NCBI GenBank assembly: GCA_011524755.1
Contig: WTJR01000115.1
Location: 1-42,386, forward strand
Reading direction: 5' to 3'
Source of the DNA: Halieaceae bacterium
GTDB lineage: Bacteria; Pseudomonadota; Gammaproteobacteria; Pseudomonadales; Halieaceae
Length of the DNA stretch: 42,386 nt
Part shown: in pieces, positions 1 to 11,649 of the stretch
How positions within the stretch are numbered: position 1 is the stretch's first letter
Layout: every line of letters begins with the position of its first letter
The notes under the pieces: generated by a model
The model's database searches: none
Told to the model about the DNA's origin: nothing
Seen by the model: the letters and a program-made list of their open reading frames with translations, nothing else
Position numbers and translations under genes: made by a program

Positions 1-1719
1 CGCCGAACACTACAGCTCTGCCTCCTGCTATCACTGTGGTTACCGTTAAGTGCACTGGCGCAGAATGCGCTCTCTGCATATACGCAACAGCAAACCCAGT
101 TCTTGCCCGTCGATGAAGCCTACCAACTAACGCTCGTCGCCGACGGGGATCAGCGGCTGATGTTGCAGTGGGTGATTGCGCCGGAGTACTACCTCTATCG
201 CCATGCGTTCAAAGCGAAAGCCTCTGACTCGGAGGGCAGCATTGCCGCCAATTTGGTCGTGCCCGATGGCCTTGCCAAAACAGATGAATTTTTCGGTGAC
301 GTCGAAGTCTACTACGACGCACTAGAGGCTATTGTTGCCTTGGAGAGAACAACCGAGCTGGCGCAAATTACAGTGACCTACCAAGGCTGTGCCGATGCCG
401 GGCTCTGCTACCCACCTGAGACCAAATCCTTCCTGTGGCACATGGCATCCGGCGAGATTCAGGCTGGCTCCCTCGCACCAACATCAAGCGCGCTCGACTC
501 CGGTGACGACGCCTCAAGCAGTACAGGCATAGGTCTGCTAGCAGCCATTGCTTTCGCGTTTCTCGGGGGCATTATCCTCAACATCATGCCCTGCGTTTTC
601 CCCATTCTGTCGCTCAAAGCCTTGAGCTTTACGCACGGCAGTGCCGATCAGCATCGTCGAGCGAGCCTCGTCTACGCGGCGGGCGTCATCGTAAGCTTTG
701 TGGCCTTAGCAAGTGTGCTGGTAGCCATCCAGCAGACGGGCCAGCTCATCGGTTGGGGCTTTCAACTGCAAAATACTGGGTTCGTTATTGGGCTAGCCTA
801 TCTGTTCACCGTCATGGGTCTCAGCCTCAACGGGCTGATTCATTTCGGAACGTCAATGATGAATGTTGGACAATCATTGACCGAACAGGACGGCGACGCC
901 GGCAACTTTTTCACCGGTGTACTCGCCGTTGTTGTTGCCAGCCCGTGTACGGCACCTTTCATGGGTACCGCGTTGGGATACGCGTTAACCCAACCTATTG
1001 TGGTAACGCTCATTGTATTCGCGGCGCTTGGCGCGGGTATGGCACTACCGATGGTCATCCTAAGCCACAGTAGTGCCGCTGTCCGTGCACTGCCAAAACC
1101 CGGACCCTGGATGGATACGGCAAAGAATGTGCTCGCGTTCCCGCTCTATTTGACCTCGGTTTGGCTGCTCTGGGTCGCTGGGAATCAGGCTGGGGTTAAC
1201 ACCATGGCACTGGCGCTTTCTGGCTTGGTGTTACTCGCGCTGGCGGCCTACCTGTATGGTGATACCAAGTTACGTAAGGGGCTCAGCATTATCCTTGTCG
1301 CTGGCGCTGTTTTCCTTGCAATACCGTCGGAAAAAAAGGCGGGGGGCAGTGATTCCAGCCGCAAACTGAGTGAAGGCCAGATCGCGTGGTCTGCCTCCGT
1401 TTTAGATGATTACATTGAGCGTGGCGATCCGGTTTTCGTTGATGTCACAGCCGACTGGTGTATTACCTGCCTTGCGAACGAGGCTGCGGTACTCTTCACA
1501 CCAGAGATGGAGCAGGCCTTCATCGATGCAGATATTCCCTACATGATTGCAGACTGGACCGACTACGATGCAGACATTGGACGCTTCGTTCAGTCGCACG
1601 GTAGAAGCGGCATCCCACTGTATGTCATGTACCCACGAGGGATCGGGAGCACGCCCGTGATACTTCCCCAACTACTGACGCGCGATATCGTCCTGACTGC
1701 CATTGAAAACGCGCGTTGA
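1..1719 (+). CDS. dsbD: Protein-disulfide reductase DsbD (5'-truncated by window edge)
   Basis: The frame is open from base 1 and encodes a signal-peptide-like stretch (RRTLQLCLLLSLWLPLSALAQ). It has an N-domain QGCADAGLCYPP, transmembrane Cys motifs MPCVFP and SPCTAP, and a C-terminal thioredoxin WCITC. Confidence 0.9.
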   Translation, partial: RRTLQLCLLLSLWLPLSALAQNALSAYTQQQTQFLPVDEAYQLTLVADGDQRLMLQWVIAPEYYLYRHAFKAKASDSEGSIAANLVVPDGLAKTDEFFGDVEVYYDALEAIVALERTTELAQITVTYQGCADAGLCYPPETKSFLWHMASGEIQAGSLAPTSSALDSGDDASSSTGIGLLAAIAFAFLGGIILNIMPCVFPILSLKALSFTHGSADQHRRASLVYAAGVIVSFVALASVLVAIQQTGQLIGWGFQLQNTGFVIGLAYLFTVMGLSLNGLIHFGTSMMNVGQSLTEQDGDAGNFFTGVLAVVVASPCTAPFMGTALGYALTQPIVVTLIVFAALGAGMALPMVILSHSSAAVRALPKPGPWMDTAKNVLAFPLYLTSVWLLWVAGNQAGVNTMALALSGLVLLALAAYLYGDTKLRKGLSIILVAGAVFLAIPSEKKAGGSDSSRKLSEGQIAWSASVLDDYIERGDPVFVDVTADWCITCLANEAAVLFTPEMEQAFIDADIPYMIADWTDYDADIGRFVQSHGRSGIPLYVMYPRGIGSTPVILPQLLTRDIVLTAIENAR

Positions 1720-1759
1720 TACCCCCACATCGAAAGCATTACTGAAAGGAAATCAATCC

Positions 1760-2206
1760 ATGACGCTGCGCGCCCTATTCGTTATTGCATTGACGCTGGT
1801 ATCCAGCGCCTCGGGCGCCTCCGACACCCTGATCATCTCGGATGCATGGGTGCGCGCGACACCACCCGGCAAAATGATGACCGCGGGCTATGCATCCCTC
1901 GAAAACGTTAGCAAAGAGGTCATCACTATTACGGGGGTATCAGCAGAGGCTGCAGGTCACACCTCACTCCATGAGACCCGTATTGAGCGTGATCGATCGA
2001 CCATGCGGCCGGTAGCACGGTTATCAATCGAGGCGGGAGAGCGCGTCAGTCTGAAGCCAGGCGGCCTTCACATCATGCTAATGAAGCTGAGCGAGTCCTT
2101 AACTGATGGACAAAGCATCGACATCTGCCTCGAGCTGGAGAACAATGACAGCCTATGCAGTGCGTTCTCTGTGGCGAGGCAGCATAAAGCCGCGCACCAC
2201 CACTGA
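1760..2206 (+). CDS. Copper chaperone PCu(A)C family
   Basis: ATG 1760 follows an AAAGGA RBS. Signal peptide; DAWVRATPPG..TAGY; H-x10-M-x21-H-x-M copper motif (LHET..STM..GGLHIML); C-terminal HHH. Confidence 0.88.
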   Translation: MTLRALFVIALTLVSSASGASDTLIISDAWVRATPPGKMMTAGYASLENVSKEVITITGVSAEAAGHTSLHETRIERDRSTMRPVARLSIEAGERVSLKPGGLHIMLMKLSESLTDGQSIDICLELENNDSLCSAFSVARQHKAAHHH

Positions 2207-2240
2207 GAATGGCATCACCGCGTAAGGAGCGGCATAGCAA

Positions 2241-3308
2241 ATGACACTGAGCGAGCGGTTATCGCAAGCGTTGACAAAGATCCGGGGGGTTCTCCCGTCG
2301 GGCGACTCTCTCGACCTGCTTCAAAGTAAAGGCGGTAGACGTGCCGTCACTGCCGCCGTTGCCATCTACCTCACGCTCACGCTCGGACTTGGCTTTTATT
2401 GGAGCATGACACCGGACTCTTTTGACGTGGTGGAAAACAGAGCCAAGTATCTGAAATCATCTGATCAATCGGTCACCGGTGCTGCAACCACCGCAGCACT
2501 TCTCGAAGTTACGCGTCTCTTATTAGAAAAAGACGGCGGCTACATCAGCAACGACATCACCCCTCCAGGCACCTTTCTGGATAACATGCCTAACTGGGAG
2601 TATGGCGCCTTAATACAGTCTCGCGACTTAGCGAGAGCCTTGAGAGAAGTGCTAAGCCGCTCGCAATCGCAATCCCAAGAGGACGTTGATCTGACGCTCG
2701 CCGAGCCCCGCATCAACTTCCAAAACTCCAGCTGGGCCTTACCCGCCACCGAATCCGAATATCGCGATGCTCGACGGTATTTACAGGCCTATCTCGATCG
2801 CCTGCCTCAGACTGGTGAAGACTCAGCACAGTTCTATGCAAGAGCAGATAACCTCAGCTTCTGGCTGGGTATGGTTGAAAAGCGTTTGGGCAGCTTATCG
2901 CAGCGCCTATCAGCCAGCGTGGGTCAGCGACGGATCAATACCGACCTCGCGGGTGACGCAGCAGCGACTCAGTCCACGCGAGAAACCCAGGAGCTTGTGG
3001 TGAAAACCCCCTGGAATGAAATCGATGATGTCTATTACGAGTCGCGTGGCGCCGCCTTTGCGTTGATCCATTTTCTAAAAGCTGCCGAGGTCGATTTCGC
3101 AGATGTACTCGAAAAGAAAAATGCGACAGTTAGCTTGAGACAAATCATCCGCGAACTTGAGGCGACGCAACAGACCGTCTGGAGTCCAGTCATTCTCAAT
3201 GGATCGGGATTTGGGATCTGGGCGAACCACTCTCTGGTGATGGCCAGCTATCTTTCACGGGCTAATGCCGCGCTCATCGACTTAAGAGAATTGCTCGCTC
3301 AGGGTTAG
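2241..3308 (+). CDS. DUF2333 family membrane-anchored protein
   Basis: AAGGAG RBS; one N-terminal TM segment; motifs GGYISND, LDNMPNWEYG, RSQSQS, FYARADNL, TPWNEIDDVYYE, NGSGFG..ANHSL. Confidence 0.8.
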   Translation: MTLSERLSQALTKIRGVLPSGDSLDLLQSKGGRRAVTAAVAIYLTLTLGLGFYWSMTPDSFDVVENRAKYLKSSDQSVTGAATTAALLEVTRLLLEKDGGYISNDITPPGTFLDNMPNWEYGALIQSRDLARALREVLSRSQSQSQEDVDLTLAEPRINFQNSSWALPATESEYRDARRYLQAYLDRLPQTGEDSAQFYARADNLSFWLGMVEKRLGSLSQRLSASVGQRRINTDLAGDAAATQSTRETQELVVKTPWNEIDDVYYESRGAAFALIHFLKAAEVDFADVLEKKNATVSLRQIIRELEATQQTVWSPVILNGSGFGIWANHSLVMASYLSRANAALIDLRELLAQG

Positions 3309-4204
3309 CTCGGTTTTTGACCCTCGAGCAATACCCATCCGTCACGCTGCTGATTCACTTCAAGATTAACGTTGCGGTAGCGCTCGATGAGTTCTGGCGC
3401 CTGCGCCTCCAAAACACCTGTTAGCAGTATTGTGCCACCCGGCGCGGTCAGTCTAATCAGTTGATCAGCGAGCTCCACTAACGGTCCTGCAAGAATATTA
3501 GCGACCATCAGATCGGCGCTATCATCCCACTGGGCGATAACTCCGTCGTCAGGCATGACCACGGTAAAGTCATCAGTATCAATATCATTGCGCTGCGCAT
3601 TGTCTCGACTGGCAACCACCGCTTGCGGGTCGTTATCAACACCCAGCGCGCACCCAGCGCCTAGCTTGAGTGCGGCAATGGCCAAAATGCCGGATCCACA
3701 CCCAAAGTCGACAACACGTTCGCTACCCCTGATCAATCCATCGAGTGCGTTGAGACACATGGCAGTCGTTGCATGTGTCCCGGTGCCAAATGCCAACCCC
3801 GGATCAAGCAAAACAGGCACGAGCGCCTCTTCCGGAGGGGGCGTCCAGCTGGGGCAAATCCAGAGCCGCGGTCCCATCTGAATCGGCGTAAAGTCCTCCA
3901 TCCAAACCCGCTCCCAATCACGATCTTCGAGCGTTGAGATGTCGTTTCTGGAGTTACCCGCCAGTAGCGAGCTAGGCAACGCCTGTTTGATGGGCGAGAG
4001 ATTGATCGACCCTGTAAACAGGGCTGTCACCTTCACGTTTTGCCAGAGCGGTGTCTCGCCCGGACCGGGTTCGAGTAGAGGCTCATCAGCATTGTCCTCG
4101 AGGGACACTGCCAATGCGCCTTGCTCAAACAGCCATTCCTCGAGCGGTTCGACTAGGTGCGAGTAGGTCTCAACGACCCACTCTTGCCAGTCGCTGGAAC
4201 TCAA
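3305..4204 (-). CDS. prmA: Ribosomal protein L11 methyltransferase
   Basis: [45 protein letters not shown]; lies downstream of accC. Confidence 0.96.
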   Translation of the reverse strand: MSSSDWQEWVVETYSHLVEPLEEWLFEQGALAVSLEDNADEPLLEPGPGETPLWQNVKVTALFTGSINLSPIKQALPSSLLAGNSRNDISTLEDRDWERVWMEDFTPIQMGPRLWICPSWTPPPEEALVPVLLDPGLAFGTGTHATTAMCLNALDGLIRGSERVVDFGCGSGILAIAALKLGAGCALGVDNDPQAVVASRDNAQRNDIDTDDFTVVMPDDGVIAQWDDSADLMVANILAGPLVELADQLIRLTAPGGTILLTGVLEAQAPELIERYRNVNLEVNQQRDGWVLLEGQKPS

Positions 4205-5547
4205 TGCTCGTGTTCCAGCTTGCTCTCGAGGTAGTGAATGCTGACACCGCCAGCAACGAAGGACGAGTCGACAACCAACTCGCGGTGGAGTGCGGCGTTC
4301 GTCCGAATGCCCTCGACAATGAATTCATCGAGTGCCTGACGCATTTTCTTCAACGCGATGTCGCGTGAATCGCCGTGGGTTATGAGCTTGCCAATCAAAC
4401 TGTCGTAGTGTGGTGGCACCGCGTAACCGCTGTAGATGTGAGAGTCGACACGAACACCATGGCCGCCCGGCGCATGGAAGGTTTTGATGGTGCCAGGTGA
4501 TGGCATGAAGGTTCGCGGATCTTCGGCGTTGATCCGACACTCAATCGCATGCCCATTAAATTTGATATCGCTCTGCTTGATCGACAATGGCTGACCGCCT
4601 GCGATCAACAACTGCTCCTTCACGATATCAACACCGGTGATCATTTCGGTCACTGGGTGCTCAACCTGTACACGCGTGTTCATCTCAATAAAGAAGAAGC
4701 GACCGTCCTCGTAGAGGAACTCAAAGGTCCCTGCGCCGGTATAGCCCATATCGATACAGGCCTGAACGCATGCCGCGCCTACCTCTTCGCGAACGTCATC
4801 TGGAATACCCGGAGCGGGTGCTTCCTCTATGATTTTTTGGTGGCGACGCTGTAATGAACAATCACGATCGCCCAAATGCACCGCATTGCCCTGTCCGTCT
4901 GCTAATACCTGAATTTCCACGTGACGAGGCCGCTGCAAAAACTTTTCCATGTAGACCACAGGTGAACCAAACGCCGCCGCGGCTTCAGACTGGGTAACTT
5001 CTATAGATGACAGAAGTACTTCTTCGTTGTGCACCACGCGCATACCTCGGCCACCACCGCCAGCTGCTGCTTTTACGATCACCGGGTAACCGATGTCGCG
5101 CGCGATTCGCAAAATCTCATCGGGATCATCAGGCAGGGCGCCGTCCGACCCGGGGACCGTAGGCACACCGGACTTACGCATCTGATGCTTGGCCGACACC
5201 TTGTCACCCATCAGCCGAATGGTCTCTGACCGCGGACCGATAAATTTGAATCCGCTGCGCTCTACTTGCTCAGCAAAATCAGCATTCTCAGACAAGAAGC
5301 CATAGCCCGGGTGAATACCATCAGCTCCGGTAACCTCTGCGGCACTGAGAATCGCGTGCGCTTGCAAGTAGCTTTGTGTCGACGGAGCGGGTCCAATGCA
5401 GACCGCCTCATCGGCGAGTCGCACGTGCTTCAAACTGCTATCGGCCGTTGAGTGCACTGCAACCGTGGGAATATCCAACTCACGACAGGCTCGCAAGATT
5501 CGCAACGCGATCTCACCGCGGTTCGCAATGAGTACCTTTTCCAACAT
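4201..5547 (-). CDS. accC: Acetyl-CoA carboxylase biotin carboxylase subunit
   Basis: [51 protein letters not shown]. Confidence 0.97.
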   Translation of the reverse strand: MLEKVLIANRGEIALRILRACRELDIPTVAVHSTADSSLKHVRLADEAVCIGPAPSTQSYLQAHAILSAAEVTGADGIHPGYGFLSENADFAEQVERSGFKFIGPRSETIRLMGDKVSAKHQMRKSGVPTVPGSDGALPDDPDEILRIARDIGYPVIVKAAAGGGGRGMRVVHNEEVLLSSIEVTQSEAAAAFGSPVVYMEKFLQRPRHVEIQVLADGQGNAVHLGDRDCSLQRRHQKIIEEAPAPGIPDDVREEVGAACVQACIDMGYTGAGTFEFLYEDGRFFFIEMNTRVQVEHPVTEMITGVDIVKEQLLIAGGQPLSIKQSDIKFNGHAIECRINAEDPRTFMPSPGTIKTFHAPGGHGVRVDSHIYSGYAVPPHYDSLIGKLITHGDSRDIALKKMRQALDEFIVEGIRTNAALHRELVVDSSFVAGGVSIHYLESKLEHEH

Positions 5548-5577
5548 GGCGTTAATCCTTAAACGAGATGCGAGCGT

Positions 5578-6039
5578 TTATTCAACGGTAATGAGTGGCT
5601 GATCGAATTCTACGGGTTCACCGTTTTCAGCGTGTATAGCGGTGACGGTTCCCGCACGATCCGCCTCAATCTGATTCATCATCTTCATGGCTTCTACAAT
5701 GCACAGAACGTCTCCGGCCCGGACGCTTTGCCCTACCTCAACGAACGGTGCTGCATCAGGACTTGGCGAACGATAGAACGTACCCACCATTGGCGATTTC
5801 ACAGCGTTGGCTGCGCTCGGGGCAGCCGCTTCGGGAGCCGCAGGCGCCGGTGCTGGTGCGGCAGGTACGGGCGCTACAGGCGCGGGCATGGCAGGTGCCG
5901 CGACAGGCGCTGCCATTGCGATCGGGGCAGCCGTATTTCGGCTAATTCGGACCGACTCCTCACCTTCCTTGATCTCAATTTCGTCAACGCTGGATGCTTC
6001 CAGAAGTTCGATTAATTTTTTTACTTTACGAATATCCAT
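5578..6039 (-). CDS. accB: Biotin carboxyl carrier protein
   Basis: [12 protein letters not shown], Ala/Pro linker, [16 protein letters not shown] biotinylation motif. Confidence 0.97.
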   Translation of the reverse strand: MDIRKVKKLIELLEASSVDEIEIKEGEESVRISRNTAAPIAMAAPVAAPAMPAPVAPVPAAPAPAPAAPEAAAPSAANAVKSPMVGTFYRSPSPDAAPFVEVGQSVRAGDVLCIVEAMKMMNQIEADRAGTVTAIHAENGEPVEFDQPLITVE

Positions 6040-6074
6040 AAGGTCACCTTTACAATCTCTTGTTATTACTCATT

Positions 6075-6512
6075 TCAGTGATTTCGGTTCAATAAAAACT
6101 GCAATGCGTAGTCATAACCTGCACTTCCAAAACCAGAGATGACGCCTACGGCCAAATCTGAAAAGAAGCTGTGGTGTCTGAAGGGCTCACGCGCGTAGAC
6201 GTTGGACAAGTGAACCTCAACGAACGGGATGGCCACGCCTGCAATAGCATCACGCAGTGCGACGCTGGTGTGCGTAAGCCCAGCGGGGTTGATGATGATG
6301 GCCTGTGTCTGATCGGTTCTCGCCGCATGTACCTTTTCAATAAGCTCAGCTTCCGAGTTGCTCTGAAAGCTGTCGAGCGATCGACCCGACGCCGCGGCCG
6401 CCTCTGCTAGGCGTGCATTAATCGAGGCTAAGTCTTCCGTGCCGTAAACATCGGGCTCGCGAGTACCCAAAAGGTTCAGGTTGGGGCCGTGTAACACCAA
6501 AATGTCAGCCAT
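6075..6512 (-). CDS. aroQ: Type II 3-dehydroquinate dehydratase
   Basis: [45 protein letters not shown]. Start moved to ATG 6512 (MADIL). Confidence 0.95.
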   Translation of the reverse strand: MADILVLHGPNLNLLGTREPDVYGTEDLASINARLAEAAAASGRSLDSFQSNSEAELIEKVHAARTDQTQAIIINPAGLTHTSVALRDAIAGVAIPFVEVHLSNVYAREPFRHHSFFSDLAVGVISGFGSAGYDYALQFLLNRNH

Positions 6513-6756
6513 GCGCAGACCATTCAAAACTAAAAGACAGACGGCGGAGTCTCCACGAGCACCCATGCTCTGTCTACTGTTTTCGAAAAAAGCCGACTAA
6601 TCTGTGCTGTTTTACCGAAGATAGCTACTTTTACACGTGATTCACGAAACATAGAGCGGTCGATATAAAAGGCCACATAAAACGACCGCCATCGGACTTC
6701 AACAGAGCGCAGGGCTTCTTTAAACTACGGGCTTTCTTTCAAACAGTGTCCCACGC

Positions 6757-7773
6757 ATGCAGCTCGGCCCGTTCTCAACTGAGACTCCGGTATTCCTCGC
6801 ACCCATGGCAGGAGTAACGGACTTACCTATGCGTCAGCTCGCAGTGAAGCACGGTGCCGACGTCGCAGTAGGCGAGATGATGGCCTCCGACTTGTCCCTC
6901 AGTGAGTCGCGTAAAAGCACACTGCGCGCTCGGCACAGTACCGAGGCCGGACTACGAACGGTTCAGCTTGTTGGGAATGATCCCAGCGCGCTGGCAGCAG
7001 CAGCGCGGTATAACGTCGAGCGTGGAGCCGAGGTCATCGATATCAACATGGGCTGTCCCGCCAAAAAGGTGTGCAAGAAAGCGGCGGGATCTGCGTTGCT
7101 GGCAGATCCACAGCTGGTAGAGACCTTGTTAACCGCCGTCACTGAGGCTGTCTCGGTACCAGTGACTTTGAAAATTCGGACGGGTGTAGCACCCGATCAA
7201 CGAAACGGTGTCGAAATTGCGCGCATCGCTGAGGCAAGTGGCATTGCGATGCTGACCGTGCACGGACGCACGCGTGCCGATAAATTTAATGGATCTGCGG
7301 AATACGAGACACTTCGCCAAATCGTCTCTGCAGTCAACATCCCGGTCATTGCTAACGGTGACATCACCTGCGCCGATAAGGCAAAACGGGTGCTGACCTA
7401 CACCGGAGCGGAAGGCATCATGATTGGCAGGGCTGCGCAAGGCCGACTGTGGCTTCCCGGCACAATAGCGAGGGCCTTACGCCACAGTGACGAGAGAGCT
7501 CCTTCTCGGGATGAGCGCTTTGCCATCATGCGCGAGCATATCCAGCAGGTGCAGGCATTTCATGGGACTGTCATGGGCCATAAAATTGCGCGCAAGCACG
7601 CAGGCTGGTTTTTCGAGGCCGAGCTAGGCGAGGCCTACCTCCCGATCAAGCGAGCCTTTAATGCTCTCGAAAATGCCGACGCGCAGGAAGACTTTTTAGA
7701 TGCTCAGCAAGGTGCCATCATCAATTTAATGAGCCGGTTTCACGAGACATCCGTGGGGAGATTGGCAGCGTGA
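6757..7773 (+). CDS. dusB: tRNA-dihydrouridine synthase B
   Basis: LAPMAGVTD, IDINMGCPAKKV, VHGRTR, ANGDI, MIGRAAQG; immediately upstream of fis. Confidence 0.95.
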   Translation: MQLGPFSTETPVFLAPMAGVTDLPMRQLAVKHGADVAVGEMMASDLSLSESRKSTLRARHSTEAGLRTVQLVGNDPSALAAAARYNVERGAEVIDINMGCPAKKVCKKAAGSALLADPQLVETLLTAVTEAVSVPVTLKIRTGVAPDQRNGVEIARIAEASGIAMLTVHGRTRADKFNGSAEYETLRQIVSAVNIPVIANGDITCADKAKRVLTYTGAEGIMIGRAAQGRLWLPGTIARALRHSDERAPSRDERFAIMREHIQQVQAFHGTVMGHKIARKHAGWFFEAELGEAYLPIKRAFNALENADAQEDFLDAQQGAIINLMSRFHETSVGRLAA

Positions 7774-8012
7774 CAACGAACACAAAAGGCGCTCTGAAGA
7801 CCGCCGCTGAAGACGCGATCAGACAGTTTATTGAAACATTGGACGGCGAGGAGACCAGCGAATTCTATAATCTGGTCCTAGCGGAAGTCGAAGAGCCCCT
7901 TTTACGCGTAGTCATGGAATACACTGCCAATAACCAAAGTCGCGCGGCGGCCATGCTTGGACTCAATCGAGGTACGCTGAGAAAAAAACTGCGCCAATAC
8001 AATCTTTTATGA
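7770..8012 (+). CDS. fis: Fis DNA-binding protein
   Basis: YNLVLAEVEEPLL..NQSRAAAMLGLNRGTLRKKL HTH; GTGA overlap with dusB. Confidence 0.94.
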   Translation: MTTNTKGALKTAAEDAIRQFIETLDGEETSEFYNLVLAEVEEPLLRVVMEYTANNQSRAAAMLGLNRGTLRKKLRQYNLL

Positions 8013-8073
8013 TCTAGCTTTTGTAATAGCTAACTTTGACAACTGAGAGTTATCCGACCCCAGAGGTAATCAC

Positions 8074-9648
8074 ATGACCGAGGCGAGAGTCGCCCCTATC
8101 AACAGCGCTTTGATTAGCGTTTCCGACAAAACAGGTGTTGTACCCTTTGCCCAAGCCCTCGCGGCACAAGGCGTAAAGATTCTCTCAACCGGAGGCACAT
8201 GCCGCCTCTTACTATCCGAAGGCATACCAGTGACTGAGGTTTCTGATCACACGGGCTTCCCCGAGATGATGGACGGTCGAGTCAAAACGCTGCATCCAAA
8301 AATTCATGGTGGCATTTTAGGCCGCAGAGGAACCGATGATGCCGTAATGTCAGAGAACGCGATCGATGGCATCGATCTGGTTGTGGTCAACCTCTACCCG
8401 TTCGAATCCACCGTCGCCAATCCTGACTGCTCGCTCGAAGACGCCATCGAGAATATTGATATCGGCGGTCCAACCATGGTTCGCGCAGCCGCAAAAAACC
8501 ATCGCGATGTCACCATCGTTGTCGATAACAATGACTTCGATCGTGTGCTTTCAGAGATTGCCTCTAGCGGCGGCACATCCGATGCGCTGCGATTCGACCT
8601 TGCCGTAAAGGCTTTTGAACACACCGCAGGCTACGATGGAGCGATCGCAAATTATCTGGGTCGCCGAGTAGGTGTTGAAGAGCCAGACGCATTTCCACGC
8701 ACGGCCAATTTCCAATTCAATCGCAGCTCGGTCATGCGGTACGGCGAAAATCCGCATCAGAGTGCTGCGTTCTACACCGATCGGAATGTCACCGAAGCCG
8801 GTGTTGGAACAGCGTCCTTGCATCAAGGGAAGCCGCTAAGTTACAACAACGTCGCTGACGCCGATGCGGCCATCGAGTGTGTTAAATCATTTGATGAACC
8901 CGCGTGCGTCATTGTTAAACATGCAAATCCCTGTGGTGTTGCTGTCGCCCCGACCCTTCTGGAGGCCTATCGAAAGGCCTTCGAGACCGATACCGAGTCT
9001 GCTTTCGGCGGAATCATCGCCTTTAACAGAGAGCTAGATGAGGAAACATTAACCAACATCATTGACTCGCAGTTTGTTGAGGTCATTACCGCGCCCGCCA
9101 TTGCAGAAAATGCGCTGAATGCCGCCGCTAGTAAGCCCAATGTCCGCGTCATGTCCACGGGATACTGGGGCGAGAGAACACCAACCTGGGATCTGAAGAA
9201 AGTGAACGGTGGATTGCTCATCCAAGATCGGGATGACCACGTCCTCGTTGCTGATGATCTCAGTGTTGTCTCGGAGCGTGCACCGACCGAGCAGGAGATG
9301 AAGGACCTTTTGTTTGCCTGGCGGGTCGCTAAGTTTGTGAAGTCGAATGCCATCATCTACGCCTCAAGTCAGCGCACCATCGGTGTCGGTGCAGGTCAAA
9401 TGTCGCGAGTAAATTCAGCGCGTATTGCGGCCATCAAAGCTGAGCATGCTGGACTTGAAGTTGCCGGCGCCGTTATGGCCTCGGACGCGTTTTTTCCCTT
9501 CCGCGATGGCATCGATAATGCCGCTGAACGAGGTATCCGCGCTGTTATCCAACCGGGCGGATCGATTCGAGATGACGAGGTAATTGCCGCGGCGAATGAA
9601 GCCGGCATTGCCATGGTGTTTACTGGCGTCCGTCACTTTAGGCACTGA
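8074..9648 (+). CDS. purH: Bifunctional AICAR formyltransferase/IMP cyclohydrolase
   Basis: [60 protein letters not shown]. Confidence 0.98.
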   Translation: MTEARVAPINSALISVSDKTGVVPFAQALAAQGVKILSTGGTCRLLLSEGIPVTEVSDHTGFPEMMDGRVKTLHPKIHGGILGRRGTDDAVMSENAIDGIDLVVVNLYPFESTVANPDCSLEDAIENIDIGGPTMVRAAAKNHRDVTIVVDNNDFDRVLSEIASSGGTSDALRFDLAVKAFEHTAGYDGAIANYLGRRVGVEEPDAFPRTANFQFNRSSVMRYGENPHQSAAFYTDRNVTEAGVGTASLHQGKPLSYNNVADADAAIECVKSFDEPACVIVKHANPCGVAVAPTLLEAYRKAFETDTESAFGGIIAFNRELDEETLTNIIDSQFVEVITAPAIAENALNAAASKPNVRVMSTGYWGERTPTWDLKKVNGGLLIQDRDDHVLVADDLSVVSERAPTEQEMKDLLFAWRVAKFVKSNAIIYASSQRTIGVGAGQMSRVNSARIAAIKAEHAGLEVAGAVMASDAFFPFRDGIDNAAERGIRAVIQPGGSIRDDEVIAAANEAGIAMVFTGVRHFRH

Positions 9649-9649
9649 T

Positions 9650-10924
9650 ATGAACGTATTGATGATAGGCAGCGGCGGCCGGGAACACGCGCTCGCTTGG
9701 AAGCTGGCACAGTCGACATCAGTAGAGACTGTGTTTGTGGCACCCGGTAATGCGGGAACAGCCAACGAGCCGAGCTGTCGCAATGTGGATATCAACCCTT
9801 CTGACTTCGGCGCGCTCGCTCAGTTTGCGCGCGACAACAATTGCGGACTAACCGTGGTTGGTCCGGAAGCTCCGCTTGTCGATGGCATTGTCGATCACTT
9901 CTCATCAGAGGGATTGGCTTGTTTTGGTCCGACCGCGGCTGCAGCCCAACTTGAGGGCTCCAAAGCATTCACCAAGGATTTCTTAGCGCGCCACCACATA
10001 CCAACAGGTGCCTACGAGACGTTTACCGATGCCGAGGCGGCCTGCGCCTACATCCGTGCTCAAGGCGCTCCCATTGTAGTGAAGGCTGATGGCCTCGCTG
10101 CGGGTAAAGGCGTGATCGTCGCATCCAGCGTTGATCAGGCAGAGGAAGCAGCTCGCGACATGCTGTCGGGGAACGCATTCGGTGATGCGGGTGCGAGAGT
10201 CGTTATCGAAGAATTTTTGGATGGCGAGGAAGCAAGTTTTATTGTCATGGTCGACGGCACTGATGTGCTTACGATGGCAACGTCGCAGGACCACAAACGA
10301 GTTGGTGAGGGCGACACCGGTCCTAACACCGGAGGCATGGGGGCTTATTCCCCAGCGCCCGTAGTAACCCCAGAGATCCACGATCGTGTGATGTCGGAGA
10401 TCATTTACCCGACCGTCCAAGGCATGCTCGATGATGGCAATCGCTACCGCGGCTTTTTGTATGCGGGTCTAATGATCGACAACAGCGGCGCACCCAAAGT
10501 GATTGAGTTCAATTGCCGTTTTGGTGACCCCGAGACCCAGCCCATTATGATGCGCTTGGAGTCAGATCTTACCGAGCACTGCCTGGCCGCATGCGAAGGT
10601 CGACTCGCAAATGAAACGGCCATTTGGAGTGATGAGGCGACCATTGGCGTCGTTCTAGCCTCAGAGCACTACCCAAGCTCCAGCCCAACGGGGCTTCCCA
10701 TTAATGGTTTAAGCAAATCGCGCCCTTCGACCAAAGTATTTCATGCCGGCACTCGTCAAGAAGGCAACGAAACAGTGACGGCCGGTGGTCGCGTGCTTTG
10801 CGTGACGGCAAAGGCTGAGACACTCGCTACTGCCGCACAGCGTGCCTACGAAGCCGCCTCTGATATCAGTTGGGATGGCATGAAATATCGGCCTGATATT
10901 GGATGGCGCGCACTACAGCGTTAA
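9650..10924 (+). CDS. purD: Phosphoribosylamine--glycine ligase
   Basis: ATG 9650; [50 protein letters not shown]. Confidence 0.97.
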   Translation: MNVLMIGSGGREHALAWKLAQSTSVETVFVAPGNAGTANEPSCRNVDINPSDFGALAQFARDNNCGLTVVGPEAPLVDGIVDHFSSEGLACFGPTAAAAQLEGSKAFTKDFLARHHIPTGAYETFTDAEAACAYIRAQGAPIVVKADGLAAGKGVIVASSVDQAEEAARDMLSGNAFGDAGARVVIEEFLDGEEASFIVMVDGTDVLTMATSQDHKRVGEGDTGPNTGGMGAYSPAPVVTPEIHDRVMSEIIYPTVQGMLDDGNRYRGFLYAGLMIDNSGAPKVIEFNCRFGDPETQPIMMRLESDLTEHCLAACEGRLANETAIWSDEATIGVVLASEHYPSSSPTGLPINGLSKSRPSTKVFHAGTRQEGNETVTAGGRVLCVTAKAETLATAAQRAYEAASDISWDGMKYRPDIGWRALQR

Positions 10925-10948
10925 CCTGTGGTCCTGAATTTCACGGTT

Positions 10949-11602
10949 ATGACCATGCAACGACGACTCAGCAGCCTTGATCGCCTCATATCCACACTCG
11001 ACACCGCAATGCGGGAGTTGAGTCATGGCACGAATGCCATGGCCGGTGAGCGACCGTCACCTGCAGCCGAGCATACAGAGGCCGAGCTAACCGACGCGGA
11101 GCGCAAACACGCCGGTGGTTTAATGCGCATTAATCATACGGGTGAGGTCTGCGCCCAAGCGCTTTACCGTGGTCAGGCGCTTGTTGCCAAGACAGAGGAA
11201 ACACGTACTGCGCTACTTGAGGCCGCTCAAGAAGAGAAAGATCACCTCGATTGGTGTGAAGAACGAATCGACGAGTTGGGCACCCACACCAGCCGACTTA
11301 ATCCCCTCTTTTTTGCAAGCTCCTACGCGCTGGGCGCACTCACCGGCGCTATCGGCGACAAGGTGAGCCTCGGCTTTGTTCACGCGACAGAGGAAGGTGT
11401 GGCAATGCACTTGAAGGAACACCTGCAGAAGCTTCCTGCGGATGACCGCAAGTCACAACTGGTACTGCAGCAAATGCTCGCTGAAGAAGAACGTCATGGC
11501 GCGCACGCCTTAGAGCAAGGTGGCGAGGAATTTTCAGATCCCGTGAAACGCATGATGCGCACCGCCAGTCAGGTGATGACTAAAACCACTTATTGGCTTT
11601 AG
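10949..11602 (+). CDS. coq7: 2-polyprenyl-3-methyl-6-methoxy-1,4-benzoquinone monooxygenase (Coq7, di-iron)
   Basis: GLMRINHTGEVCAQALY, EEKDH, ATEE, EEERH di-iron ligands. Start is uncertain (10928, 10949 or 10955). Confidence 0.92.
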   Translation: MTMQRRLSSLDRLISTLDTAMRELSHGTNAMAGERPSPAAEHTEAELTDAERKHAGGLMRINHTGEVCAQALYRGQALVAKTEETRTALLEAAQEEKDHLDWCEERIDELGTHTSRLNPLFFASSYALGALTGAIGDKVSLGFVHATEEGVAMHLKEHLQKLPADDRKSQLVLQQMLAEEERHGAHALEQGGEEFSDPVKRMMRTASQVMTKTTYWL

Positions 11603-11649
11603 CAACAACACCGGTGTGTCACGTCTGTCCCTCGCGCGCGAAGCTATCC

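Noticed and set aside
5800-5935. GC-rich quasi-repeats in accB
   Set aside because: They encode the ordinary Ala/Pro linker of BCCP.
8013-8073. ZMP/purine riboswitch upstream of purH
   Set aside because: The gap is only 61 nt with one short TAGCT/AGCTA hairpin and no recognisable aptamer.
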